Assembly: GCA_036264335.1 (NCBI GenBank)
Contig: DATARC010000170.1
Span: forward strand, 357-64,356
Length of the DNA: 64,000 nucleotides
Reading direction: 5' to 3'
DNA from: Candidatus Dormiibacterota bacterium
GTDB lineage: Bacteria; Chloroflexota; Dormibacteria; Dormibacterales; Dormibacteraceae
Part shown: positions 44,464 through 53,575 of the stretch, one piece after another
Position numbering within the stretch: position 1 is the first letter of the stretch
How the letters are laid out: each line of letters opens with the position of its first letter
Position numbers and translations under genes: made by a program
The notes under the pieces: generated by a model
Databases searched by the model: none
The model's input: only the letters and a program-made list of their open reading frames with translations
Told to the model about the DNA's origin: nothing

Positions 44464-45104
44464 TCGCGGACTCGTGCAATCGATAGGCCGTCTCGGATCG
44501 GGACGACCACGCTTTCGAGCCTTGGATGCTTGGCGACCTGCTCGTTGTAGAACGTAACGTTCCTCGCCTGCTGCGATTTCGGCTTCAAGACCTCTCCCTG
44601 GCGCAGTGCGTTGTCGGCCATCAGCAGCGCCCCGCTGTCGAGGTGCTCGATGCACAGCTCCAGGACCCGTCGCGTCACGTCCTCAGATGGGAATGAGTTG
44701 AGCAGGTCGATGAAGCACGCATCAAAGCGGCCCTGCAGCTTCTCGAGCCCGCCCACCGCATCCTGCTCCAGGACCAGCGCTTGGTTTCCGAAGCCGGCCT
44801 CAGCGAAGTTGGCACGCGCTCGCTTCGCACGCTTCCCGTCGACCTCGAAGCTGGTCAACATCCCGCCGTCAGTTCCCCGCAGCATCCAGATGCCGCTGTA
44901 GCCGGTGGCCGTACCCAGCTCGAGGATTCGCTTTGCACCCGCGATGCGCACCAGCAGGCTGAGCAGCGCGCCTTCATGGGTATCGACGATGGGGATGCCC
45001 TCGCGTTCGGCCTCCTCCTCCATTCGCACGAGCACGGGATCACGAGCGGGCACCAACCCGTCGAGATAAGCCTGCAGCTCGTCGGTGATCTGAACGGTTC
45101 TCAT
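44460..45104 (-). CDS. Class I SAM-dependent O-methyltransferase (family 3, caffeoyl-CoA OMT-like)
   Basis: ILELGTATGYS SAM motif and the family-typical length. Confidence 0.75.
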   Translation of the reverse strand: MRTVQITDELQAYLDGLVPARDPVLVRMEEEAEREGIPIVDTHEGALLSLLVRIAGAKRILELGTATGYSGIWMLRGTDGGMLTSFEVDGKRAKRARANFAEAGFGNQALVLEQDAVGGLEKLQGRFDACFIDLLNSFPSEDVTRRVLELCIEHLDSGALLMADNALRQGEVLKPKSQQARNVTFYNEQVAKHPRLESVVVPIRDGLSIARVRD

Positions 45105-46243
45105 CTCGTCACTGTCTCCGGTGCAAGCACCTCGAGCACTCTATCGACCTCGTCCTCCGTGTTGTAGAAATGCGGAGACAGCCTAACGAAGTCACGATGC
45201 GTTCGCGCGATCACTCGCGCCGCGGTCAGATCGCGCAGCACCTCCTGGTGCGTCGCTCCCGCCTTCCGGAACGAAACGATCCCCGATGACTCGGTGCGGG
45301 TCCGCGGCCAGGGTTCCACCAACTCATACCCGCGAACGGCCAGGCCGTTCGCGAGCCGTGCCGAAAGATCGAGCACGCGCTCCTCGATCACGTCGGTGCC
45401 AACCTCGAGCAGCAGGTCGAGCGCCGAGCCCAGGGCTGCCGTGTCGAGCATCGAGATCACCGACTCCTCGTACCGGTGGGCCGTCGGCGCGAACTCCAGC
45501 TTGGGGTCGAAATATTGGTCGTGGTCAACCACCGAGACTGCGCCAACCACTCGCGGTCGCACCTTCGCCATAAGTTCCGGTGTGAAGTAGCAGAAGCCGA
45601 TGCCGGGCGGCCCCAGCAGCCACTTGCCCGCGCCTGCAGCGCAGAAGTCGATGGGCATGCGGCTGACATCGACCCGCAGCGCGCCCACGCTCTGCATCAC
45701 GTCCACCGCGAAAACGATCCCGCGCCGCCGGCACTCGGTCCCGATCGCCTCGATATCGACACGAAAGCCGTTCCAGAACTCGACGTGCGAGAGCGCGACC
45801 ACGCGCGTGCGCTCGTCGACCATGGAGAAGACGGCGTCGGGCAGCACGCGGCCGCCGACCAGCTTGGCCTGGCGGAACTCGACGCCATCCCCGGCCAGGG
45901 CCATCCACGGATAGATGTTGGCGGGGTATTCCCACTCGGCGCCGACGACGTTGTCTCCGCGCTTCCAGTCGAGGCCCTGTGCCACCAGCGACAGGCCGTG
46001 AGCCGTGCTCCGCGTCAGCGCGATGCCGTCGGGGGATCCGTTGATGAGCCGGCCGGCCAGCTCGCGCACTCGGTCCGCCTCTTCCATCGCGGCGCCTGCG
46101 GGATACGGCCGGTTCAAGGCGCCGTCCACGACCTGCTCGATTGCCGCTCGGCTGCGCTCGGTCATCGGCGAGACGCCGGCATGGTTCATGTGGATGTAAT
46201 GAGTGGCGAGCGGGATCAGACTGCGCGCTTCGAGCGGATCCAT
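45101..46243 (-). CDS. Class V aminotransferase/cysteine desulfurase-family PLP enzyme
   Basis: AGAGKWLLGPPGIG (PLP lysine region). ATGA overlap with the OMT. Confidence 0.75.
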   Translation of the reverse strand: MDPLEARSLIPLATHYIHMNHAGVSPMTERSRAAIEQVVDGALNRPYPAGAAMEEADRVRELAGRLINGSPDGIALTRSTAHGLSLVAQGLDWKRGDNVVGAEWEYPANIYPWMALAGDGVEFRQAKLVGGRVLPDAVFSMVDERTRVVALSHVEFWNGFRVDIEAIGTECRRRGIVFAVDVMQSVGALRVDVSRMPIDFCAAGAGKWLLGPPGIGFCYFTPELMAKVRPRVVGAVSVVDHDQYFDPKLEFAPTAHRYEESVISMLDTAALGSALDLLLEVGTDVIEERVLDLSARLANGLAVRGYELVEPWPRTRTESSGIVSFRKAGATHQEVLRDLTAARVIARTHRDFVRLSPHFYNTEDEVDRVLEVLAPETVTR

Positions 46244-46246
46244 TCG

Positions 46247-46699
46247 CTAACTCCTCAGGAAAACGACCAGTAGCGGTTCGAGTGTCGTGATGTATGCGCA
46301 CAGGCGCTCGCCGGCGTCGTCAAGCACCGCCTCGTCCAGCTGCGGCGCCGCCAGCGTCTCATACAGGCGGGACCATCCGCGGTCCCAGGGCTCGAGCTCC
46401 GCGCGCGGCAGGCGTGCCTTGACCTCCACCATCCGGCCGCGAAAGTAGTCGAAAGCGCGCTGGTTGGCGTCGGCCGAGCCTTCGAAGTGGAGGCCGACCT
46501 CGAAGCGGCCGGCGCCGGTGTGGTGCCAGGCCTCGTAATGGAACTCCGGGTGCCCGTAGTGAAGCTTGAACAGGCGCCCGTGCCCGCGGCTGGTCTCATA
46601 ACTGCGGAGCTCCCGCGGCAAGCGCGTCTTCAACACCTTTCGCAGTCCGGCGAAGAAGTCCTTCGGCGCCAGCAGTCTTCCGGACGGCGCGCGTACCAA
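46247..46699 (-). CDS. Hypothetical protein
   Basis: Track ORF 46247..46792 trimmed to TTG 46699, because the upstream codons are rare (tta, ata, agg, cga) and would overlap the clpP start and promoter. Confidence 0.45.
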   Translation of the reverse strand: MVRAPSGRLLAPKDFFAGLRKVLKTRLPRELRSYETSRGHGRLFKLHYGHPEFHYEAWHHTGAGRFEVGLHFEGSADANQRAFDYFRGRMVEVKARLPRAELEPWDRGWSRLYETLAAPQLDEAVLDDAGERLCAYITTLEPLLVVFLRS

Positions 46700-46730
46700 C
46701 CAGCCGAATATATCTCGTAAGCTCCTAGCG

Positions 46731-47351
46731 ATGGCATACATCCCGACCGTGACGGAGAACGAGGGCGGCAACCGCGAGCGCAGCTTCGACATCTACTCCC
46801 GGCTGCTGAAGGACCGCATCATCCTGATCGGCCGTCCGATCGATGACGTCGTGGCCAACCTGGTGGTGGCCCAGCTGATCTACCTCTCAGCCGACGACCC
46901 GGAGAAGGAGATCCAGATCTACGTCAACTCGCCTGGCGGCTCTGTGACCGCGGGCTTTGCCATCTACGACACCATGCAGTACGTGCGCTCGCCGATCTCG
47001 ACGGTGTGCATCGGCCGCACGGCCAGCTTCGGGACGGTGCTCCTCATGGCCGGGGCCAAAGGCCGGCGATTCTCGCTGCCCAACGCGACGATCCACATGC
47101 ACCAGCCGCTCATCGGCGGCAAGGGCCTGCAGGGCCAGGCCAGCGACCTCGACATCCACGCGCGAGAGATCCTGCGTATCAAGGTCGTGCTCAACGACCT
47201 AATCGTCAAGCACACGGGCCAGCCGCTCGAGCGAGTCGAGCGTGACACCGACCGCGATTACTTCCTGAGCCCTGAAGAGGCGATCACCTACGGGCTGATA
47301 GACGGTCTCATCCAGCAGACGCCGGCGCCGGTTCTCGCCGCCACGCGATAA
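46731..47351 (+). CDS. clpP: ATP-dependent Clp protease proteolytic subunit
   Basis: ClpP sequence with Ser (TASFG), His (MHQP) and Asp (DTDRD) triad contexts. Confidence 0.9.
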   Translation: MAYIPTVTENEGGNRERSFDIYSRLLKDRIILIGRPIDDVVANLVVAQLIYLSADDPEKEIQIYVNSPGGSVTAGFAIYDTMQYVRSPISTVCIGRTASFGTVLLMAGAKGRRFSLPNATIHMHQPLIGGKGLQGQASDLDIHAREILRIKVVLNDLIVKHTGQPLERVERDTDRDYFLSPEEAITYGLIDGLIQQTPAPVLAATR

Positions 47352-48441
47352 GTCCGCCGGCTCGCAAGCAGAGCCAACCCACCACCAGGACTCCGACCAC
47401 GGTGGGCCATGGCGCCGGGACCACCGCGGCGATGGCGGCGCCCACTGAAAGCAGCAGCCAGTCGTGCCACTGAGTCGCGCCGCAGACCGCCAGCGCTACC
47501 GTCACCAGGACCAGGTCGGTGGGCAGGGCGTGCGGAGCCACCAGGACGCCGCCGGCGATGAGCACCGCGGCGGCAGCCGGCAGGTCCTCGGGGCGCCGGC
47601 GCGCCAACCACATGACCGCCACCAGCGACACCAACGAGAGGATGGCGACGGCGGCACCCTGGTCGGCACGCGGCAGCAGGGTGGCAGCGTGGGCGAGGTC
47701 GACCTCCCTGGCCCCTGGCTGCACGGTGCCGCCGGTGGCCGGCAGCCACTGCAGCACCCACCTCGGGTTCAGGGCTGTCGACGCGGCGAGCAGGACCAGC
47801 CCCGCGGCGGCCCAGCCGGCGAGCACTCGCCACTGCCGGGTCAGCAGCAATGCGGCGCCAAGGGGCAGGACGAGCTGCGGCTTCAGCAAGGTCAGCCCGA
47901 GGCACAGCCCGGCCAGGAACGGTTGGGTCCACAGGGCCAGGGCAGCGCCGATACCGAGCGCGACAAAGCCATCGAGCTGCGCATTGAGCAGGAGCAGCGC
48001 CGTCGGCACCGAGGCGAAAGCCGGCAGGGCGCTCGTCGGCGGCCGCGGGCGCACGGCCAGGCACAGGCCGAGCGCAAGGCAGGCAAGCCCGGCAAGGATC
48101 CACAGCCTGCCCCCGACGTTGGTGCCGAGCAGGTCGAACGGCACGGCGAGGAAGGCGACCCACGCGGGCGCGAGGAACGGAAGGATGCCGTTGATGCCGA
48201 GCGTGACCAGGGTGCGGCCGCCGGTGACCTCGAGCTGGACGCGGCGCTGCGTGTCCGTGTCGTACAGGTGGCCTGGGTCTTCGACGATCAGCCTGCCTCC
48301 GGTGGCGAAAGCGGGCCAGTCTGAGTTGATCACGTCGTTGGTGCCCTCGATGAGCGGGTAGATGACAAAGCCGAGGGCGACCGCGGCGAGGGCGACGGTG
48401 CCCCGCCATCGCCATCGTTCCGCTCCGGTTCGGCTCTTCAA
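47308..48441 (-). CDS. GT87/DUF2029-like polytopic membrane glycosyltransferase (second paralogue)
   Basis: Track ORF 47308..48756 trimmed to TTG 48441, which overlaps the upstream stop (TTGA). Multi-TM with an LLKPQ motif. Confidence 0.6.
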   Translation of the reverse strand: MKSRTGAERWRWRGTVALAAVALGFVIYPLIEGTNDVINSDWPAFATGGRLIVEDPGHLYDTDTQRRVQLEVTGGRTLVTLGINGILPFLAPAWVAFLAVPFDLLGTNVGGRLWILAGLACLALGLCLAVRPRPPTSALPAFASVPTALLLLNAQLDGFVALGIGAALALWTQPFLAGLCLGLTLLKPQLVLPLGAALLLTRQWRVLAGWAAAGLVLLAASTALNPRWVLQWLPATGGTVQPGAREVDLAHAATLLPRADQGAAVAILSLVSLVAVMWLARRRPEDLPAAAAVLIAGGVLVAPHALPTDLVLVTVALAVCGATQWHDWLLLSVGAAIAAVVPAPWPTVVGVLVVGWLCLRAGGLIAWRREPAPASAG

Positions 48442-49625
48442 TCCGCCTCGATTCGCAGCGCGTGGGTGACCGGCACCACCAACCCGCCCTGGACCAGAAG
48501 GGAGAGCAGGACCACGCCGTAAGCGATGAGCGCGACACGGCTGTCGACGCCCGGCGTGTTCGCCACCGAAAGGGCCAGGGCCACCGAGAGCGCGCCACGA
48601 AGGCCTGCCCAAAAGGTCAGGTGTCGCCACGCCCAGGGAATCGGGGGCGGGCGAATCGCCGATATCGCGAGCAGCCCGTAAACGGGGATCGCGCGCGTCA
48701 CCAGCATGATCAGAAACGCCACCACGACGAAGCCGAGGACCGGGACCAGCTGCCATGCCGGCAACGCCGCTCCGACCAGGATGAAGAGCATGGCGTTGAG
48801 GACGAATGCGAGCAGGCTCCAGAAGCCGAGGAGCTGGGGACCGTGCAGCCTGCCGATCGCCGATCCGTATCGAGCCACGACGATTCCGGCGACCACGACG
48901 GCAACGATGCCGGAGGCATGCACGACGTCGGCGGCGAGGTAGCTGCCGTAGGCGATGACGAGTGTTGCGAGTATCTCCAGCGGCGCGTCGGCGGCGAAGC
49001 GGAGAAGGAGGAGGCCCAGGAAGCCGACGCCGAGGCCGATGGCGGTGCCGCCAGCGGTGATCTCCAAGAATCGGATCGCCGCGTCGCCGAAGGAGGGCGA
49101 GCCGCTCAGGACCGTAGCCACAACCGCAGTGAAAACCGCCACGCCGGTGCCGTCGTTGAAGAGGCTTTCGCCCTCCAGGATCGTCGACAGCCCGGACGGA
49201 GCCTTCATCTGGCGCATGAGGGTCACGACCGCGATGGGGTCGGTGGCGGCGAGTATGGCGCCGAGCAGCATGCCGCTCGCCCAGCTCAATCCGAGGATCA
49301 GGTGCGTAAGGGTTCCGACGAGCACGACGGTCAGCGCAACGCCGACGGTGGCGAGGAGGCCGACCGGAAGCAGGCGCCGCCTCAGTTCCGCAAGGTCGAG
49401 GGTGAGCGCCGCCTCGAACACCAACCCGGGCACGAAGGCAAGGAGGATCACGTCAGCCCCGACATGTCCCAGCTGGCCGCCGGGCAAAAGCCCAACCACC
49501 ACGCCGGCCGCGGCCAGCACGACGGGGTAGGGCACCATCCGAGCGCGCTTCGAGACGAGCCCAAGGACCGTCGCAAGGGCGCCGACCAGGATCAGCAGGA
49601 GCAGGAATCTTTGCTGTGGAGTCAC
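48438..49625 (-). CDS. Na+/H+ antiporter (CPA1/NhaP type)
   Basis: Track ORF 48438..49820 trimmed to GTG 49625 (GTGA overlap). About 11 TM helices and an ATDP motif. Confidence 0.75.
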   Translation of the reverse strand: MTPQQRFLLLLILVGALATVLGLVSKRARMVPYPVVLAAAGVVVGLLPGGQLGHVGADVILLAFVPGLVFEAALTLDLAELRRRLLPVGLLATVGVALTVVLVGTLTHLILGLSWASGMLLGAILAATDPIAVVTLMRQMKAPSGLSTILEGESLFNDGTGVAVFTAVVATVLSGSPSFGDAAIRFLEITAGGTAIGLGVGFLGLLLLRFAADAPLEILATLVIAYGSYLAADVVHASGIVAVVVAGIVVARYGSAIGRLHGPQLLGFWSLLAFVLNAMLFILVGAALPAWQLVPVLGFVVVAFLIMLVTRAIPVYGLLAISAIRPPPIPWAWRHLTFWAGLRGALSVALALSVANTPGVDSRVALIAYGVVLLSLLVQGGLVVPVTHALRIEAD

Positions 49626-50359
49626 AACTCGACGTTCATTCCGTCGCGCGCGGCTTTCACCTCGATGCCCAGGCGCTGGGTCAGGTCGGCGGCGAGCTCC
49701 CACGGATGCGCCCGCCACACGGTCATGCCGTAGTGGGTGAGGATCGCGAGCTTCGGCTTGGCATCGCGGATGATGCGCTCGGCGTCGTCGAGGCAGAGGT
49801 GCGGGAGCTCGGAGCGGCATTGCATGAGCACCGTGTGGATGACCATGACGTCGGCCTTGTGCTGCTCGGCGATGTCGTCGTAGTAGGCAGAGTCGGTCAC
49901 CCAGCCCAGCCGGTTCCCGAACCGAAAGCCGTAGGTCTCCACCTGGTGCCGGTGGAGCGGCGTCGTCGTGAAGTCGATCCCGTTGACGTTGTATGCGGTT
50001 TCGGGTTGCAACCGCACCACCTCCTGCGGAAAGCGCCGAAGGTACTTGAGCACCACAGGGTCCTCGTCGAGCGCGTCCGAGGGGCAGAACAGGCGGCCGC
50101 GATGTGCGAAGCCGCCTTCGGTCATGGCCTCGACCATCACGTTCACGTCGCCGCAGTGGTCGAGGTGACGGTGGCTCACCACGATCGCATCGAGCTTCGT
50201 GAGATCGACCTTGCGCTTCGCGTACTGGACGATGGCGCCGGGTCCGGGGTCGAGGGCGAGTCGCGCATTCCCGTCCTCGAGGTAGAGGCCGCCCGACGCG
50301 GCGAGCTGCTTGGCGACCATAAACCGAGCACCGGCGGTGCCCATGAAAGTGAGCTTCAC
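49622..50359 (-). CDS. MBL-fold metallo-hydrolase
   Basis: HRHLDH motif. GTG 50359 overlaps the ligase stop (GTGA). Confidence 0.8.
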   Translation of the reverse strand: MKLTFMGTAGARFMVAKQLAASGGLYLEDGNARLALDPGPGAIVQYAKRKVDLTKLDAIVVSHRHLDHCGDVNVMVEAMTEGGFAHRGRLFCPSDALDEDPVVLKYLRRFPQEVVRLQPETAYNVNGIDFTTTPLHRHQVETYGFRFGNRLGWVTDSAYYDDIAEQHKADVMVIHTVLMQCRSELPHLCLDDAERIIRDAKPKLAILTHYGMTVWRAHPWELAADLTQRLGIEVKAARDGMNVEL

Positions 50360-52011
50360 GTTTCCGCGACCTCGCTCAGTGCCGCTTCATTCTCGCCGCC
50401 GAAGTACCTCTCGTAAAGCTCCTCCACACGCTCCAACGTATCGATCTCCTCAGGCGGCTTGTCGTCGCGAATGCGCACGATTCGCGGGAAGCGCAGCGCG
50501 AACCCGCTGGCATGTCGGCTGGAGTGCTGAATCGAATCGAACGCGACCTCGAGCACGACCTCAGGTTTCACCGCGTAGCCCCAACCCACATCCTCAAGAG
50601 CGATCGCCTTGAACCGCTCAGTCATCGTCGCTATCTCGGCGTCGGTCAGTCCCGTGTAGGCCTTGCCCACGTTGACGAGCCTGCCCGTCCTGGCGTCCTT
50701 CACGGCGAAGGTGTAATCCGACAGCACTCCGTTGCGCTTGCCATGGCCCCACTCGACGGCGGTCACCACCACGTCCAGCGTCGCCAGCGGTCGTTTCAGC
50801 TTCAGCCAGGCAAGGCCGCGCCGTCCCGGCGTGTAGGGGCTCAGCGGATCTTTCACCATCAAGCCTTCGTGGCCGCGCTCGCGCGTGTCGGCGAAGATCC
50901 TGTCCAGGTCGTTCGGGCTCGTGGCCTTCTCCAGCCGCGCGAGAAGGAAAGGCGGCTCGACCCCGAGGCCCTCGAGGAGGCCTCGTCGCAGCTCCAACGG
51001 CTCGTCCAGCAGCGAGCGGCCGTCCAGGTACAGGAGGTCGAAGATCACCAGCACCACAGGGACCTCGCGGCGAAGGTCGTCCGTCACCTTCTTGCGACCC
51101 AGCCGATGCTGAAGCTCGAAGAACCGCAGCACCTTGCCGTCGCGATGAGCGAGCACCTCGCCGTCGAACAGCACCGCATGTCCTAGTCGCGGCGCAGCCT
51201 CGGCGAGCTCCGGAAACGCGCCGGTGGTTTCTTTCAGGTCGCGGGAGAAAAGCTCGACCCGACCATCATCGTGGTGAAGCTGGCAGCGCACGCCGTCGTA
51301 CTTCTCTTCGGTCCAAACCTCTTCTGCGCCCATCCGTTCGAAACCCTCGGTCGCAGTTTCGACCGGGCTCGCCAGCATGAAGCGCACCGGCTGGAACAGC
51401 GAGACCGTCGAGGTCTCGAGCTCGCCGCGCTTGCACCGCACCGCGGTCTCGCCGATGTCGCCAGTGATCAGGTGAATCTTCTTGACCTTGGTCACCGGCA
51501 GGTCGAATGCCGCCGCGATCGCGGCCTCGACCAGACCTTCGCTCAGCCCGATTCGCATCTCGCCTGAGATGACCTTGACCGCGAATCTCGCCGCCTGGGG
51601 ATGCAAGCGGATCAGCAGGGCTTCGAGGGGCGCTGCCTTGGCCGCGCCGCGTGTGGTCCTGATGAGCTCCAGCGACGCTTCGAAATCGGCAAGCGAGACC
51701 GGCTCAGCCCTGGTCCGTCCTTCGAGCGATTCGCCCGCCCAGTCACCGATGTCGGAGTGCTTGCGAAAGATCGCCGACAGCTCGGCGGGGTCGCGGCCCG
51801 AGATCGATTCGATGACTTTGCTCATCGTCTGCCATCCGAGGCCGAGCGTGCGGCGCTGCGAAGGGCTGAACGCCCGCCCGCTCATGAAGACCGCAGCGCG
51901 CCTGAGGTCGTTCTCGTCCAGGGTCCTGAAGTACTCGCCGAGGATCCGTGCCTTCTCGGAGGTCGCGGAGGTGGCGCCGACTGCGCCCGCGGCGCGCGCG
52001 AAGTCCAGCAT
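50356..52011 (-). CDS. lig: ATP-dependent DNA ligase (LigB/Cdc9 type)
   Basis: Motif I EEKYDGVR with downstream ligase motifs and an OB domain. ATG 52011 (or 52029) is preferred over track start 52128 on codon usage. Confidence 0.85.
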   Translation of the reverse strand: MLDFARAAGAVGATSATSEKARILGEYFRTLDENDLRRAAVFMSGRAFSPSQRRTLGLGWQTMSKVIESISGRDPAELSAIFRKHSDIGDWAGESLEGRTRAEPVSLADFEASLELIRTTRGAAKAAPLEALLIRLHPQAARFAVKVISGEMRIGLSEGLVEAAIAAAFDLPVTKVKKIHLITGDIGETAVRCKRGELETSTVSLFQPVRFMLASPVETATEGFERMGAEEVWTEEKYDGVRCQLHHDDGRVELFSRDLKETTGAFPELAEAAPRLGHAVLFDGEVLAHRDGKVLRFFELQHRLGRKKVTDDLRREVPVVLVIFDLLYLDGRSLLDEPLELRRGLLEGLGVEPPFLLARLEKATSPNDLDRIFADTRERGHEGLMVKDPLSPYTPGRRGLAWLKLKRPLATLDVVVTAVEWGHGKRNGVLSDYTFAVKDARTGRLVNVGKAYTGLTDAEIATMTERFKAIALEDVGWGYAVKPEVVLEVAFDSIQHSSRHASGFALRFPRIVRIRDDKPPEEIDTLERVEELYERYFGGENEAALSEVAET

Positions 52012-52050
52012 CCCGCCACCTTCTCCCATGGGTGGCCTATCGTAAGTCGC

Positions 52051-52263
52051 GTGCGTCGGTGTCCCTATCTCGAGGAGTTTTTGAAGGAGCGGCGCTCGGT
52101 CCTTCGTCTCTATCGATTCGATTGCCATGTCGATCGAAAGTCGAAGCGCAAGTACGCGTTGAGCGACAGTCCCCCGATCTGCGTGCGCAACTATGAGGAT
52201 TGCCCGCTGTACCAGGCCGAGAAGCGGCGCGAGGATCAGACGATCACGCGCTATACGGATTGA
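52051..52263 (+). CDS. Possible small Cys-rich basic protein (70 codons); low confidence
   Basis: Tail of track ORF 51601..52263 from GTG 52051 (VRRCPYLEEF...CHVDRKSKRKY...ICVRNYEDCPLY). Its stop overlaps the TTG of the next ORF (TTGA). Confidence 0.25.
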   Translation: MRRCPYLEEFLKERRSVLRLYRFDCHVDRKSKRKYALSDSPPICVRNYEDCPLYQAEKRREDQTITRYTD

Positions 52264-52610
52264 ACTGCACGATCTGTCAGGCGCCGGCTCTTCCTTTAGA
52301 TGGAGCGTGCGTCTTCTGCCACTCGCCGATCGAGGTCGATGAAGACCCAGACGAGCTGCTCGACTACCTGGCGGAGAAGATTCCGATCGCCAAGGTCAAG
52401 CGCAACCGTGGCCGCATCACGGACCTGACGGTCGAAACGCGTGGGCGCGTCTGCCGGGCGTTCATCAACAAGAAAGACGTGCTCGAGGTCGTGCCGCCTG
52501 TGCATCTGACCGCGTGGGTGGACCTGCTGCTTAACCGCCTGAGCGACGCGGCAGGCACCGACGCGAATCTTCGCCGAGCCTACCTGAGGTCGGGCTGGGC
52601 GCTCCGCTAG
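52260..52610 (+). CDS. Zinc-ribbon protein of unknown function (116 codons)
   Basis: Track ORF 52200..52610 trimmed to TTG 52260. CTIC-x10-CVFC ribbon, then a domain I do not recognise. Composition is protein-like. Confidence 0.5.
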   Translation: MNCTICQAPALPLDGACVFCHSPIEVDEDPDELLDYLAEKIPIAKVKRNRGRITDLTVETRGRVCRAFINKKDVLEVVPPVHLTAWVDLLLNRLSDAAGTDANLRRAYLRSGWALR

Positions 52611-53575
52611 AGGGCTAGCGCGAGCTGCTCCGTGGCTTCCAGCGCGGACGCTTTGACTCCCCGCTTGCGCAGGTGCCGGGCGAAATCCTCCGTGTAGCCG
52701 TGGACCGTGTAGACCTGCTCTGCGCCCGAGCGCTCGACCACCTCGACCAGCTCGTCGAAATCGCAGTGGTCCGACAGGTCGAAGGTGGCGTCCGCGCCGA
52801 AGATGCGCGAGAACTCCGCGTCCTTCGCCCAACCTGAGACGAGCGCCGTGCGATATCGACCGAGCCTGCGAACCTCGTCCTTCCCGGCGGGCGGCGCGAT
52901 CACGACGCGGCCCCGCTCCACTTCGCCGTTCATCTCGACCCAGTCGGGCAGTGGCCGGCCTGCCATTGCGTAGGCCTCGGCGCAGGGCACGCACCGCTTC
53001 TCCAGCGCGAACCTGAAGTCGTAACGCGCCAGCGCGAGCATGATCTCCTCGGTCTTGCCCAGCGCGTGGCAAAGAAGCACGGGCGTCACCCGGCTGTCTA
53101 GCGCGAAACGGCACCAGCGTGCGATCGCCTCGAGTGTCGAGTCGGGGTCGCCAAAGCGGAAATGCGGCCGTCCGTAGGTGCTCTCGACGATCAGGACGTC
53201 GGCTTTGGGGATGAAGGTCGGCGGGGCGCCGCCTGCCTGTCGAAGCTTCAGGTCGCCGGTGTAGAGAACCGATGCGCCCGCGTGCTCGAAATGGAGCTGG
53301 GCCGAGCCGAGCATGTGGCCGGCGGAATAGAGCGTGACCGTGGCGGGCCCGCGCCGCATCGGCTCGCGATAACCAAGCATCCTCCACCCGCGGGGCCGTC
53401 GGGACTCTGGGATGAGCGCAAGGGTTTGCGGCGTGAGAAGGGCTTCCTTGTGACGGCGTGCGTGGTCGGTGTGCGCGTGCGAGACGAAGGCGAACTTCCT
53501 GACCGTCAGCGGGTCGAGCCAGAGCTGGTGCCCTTGCAGTGAGACGCCGTGGTCCCAGACGACCTCGTGGTTCAC
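52607..53575 (-). CDS. Ligase-associated DNA-damage-response exonuclease-like MBL/beta-CASP protein
   Basis: HAHTDH motif. About 320 aa, and close to the ATP-dependent ligase. Confidence 0.7.
   Translation of the reverse strand: MNHEVVWDHGVSLQGHQLWLDPLTVRKFAFVSHAHTDHARRHKEALLTPQTLALIPESRRPRGWRMLGYREPMRRGPATVTLYSAGHMLGSAQLHFEHAGASVLYTGDLKLRQAGGAPPTFIPKADVLIVESTYGRPHFRFGDPDSTLEAIARWCRFALDSRVTPVLLCHALGKTEEIMLALARYDFRFALEKRCVPCAEAYAMAGRPLPDWVEMNGEVERGRVVIAPPAGKDEVRRLGRYRTALVSGWAKDAEFSRIFGADATFDLSDHCDFDELVEVVERSGAEQVYTVHGYTEDFARHLRKRGVKASALEATEQLALAL

Noticed and set aside
46700-46792. The 5' extension of minus-strand ORF 46247..46792, which overlaps the clpP start.
   Set aside because: The extension uses rare codons (tta, ata, agg, cga). 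It would overlap the clpP start codon and its putative -10 hexamer. It was trimmed to TTG 46699.
52012-52128. Ligase N-terminal extension, from track start ATG 52128 (MAIESIETKDRAPLLQKLLEIGTPTHATYDRPP...).
   Set aside because: By my hand count, 15 of these 40 codons end in A/T, including ATA twice, AAA and CAA. These are atypical codons for this genome. Ligase homology starts near MLDFARAAG (ATG 52011). Some uncertainty remains, because the opposite-strand ORF-A is also weak in this stretch.
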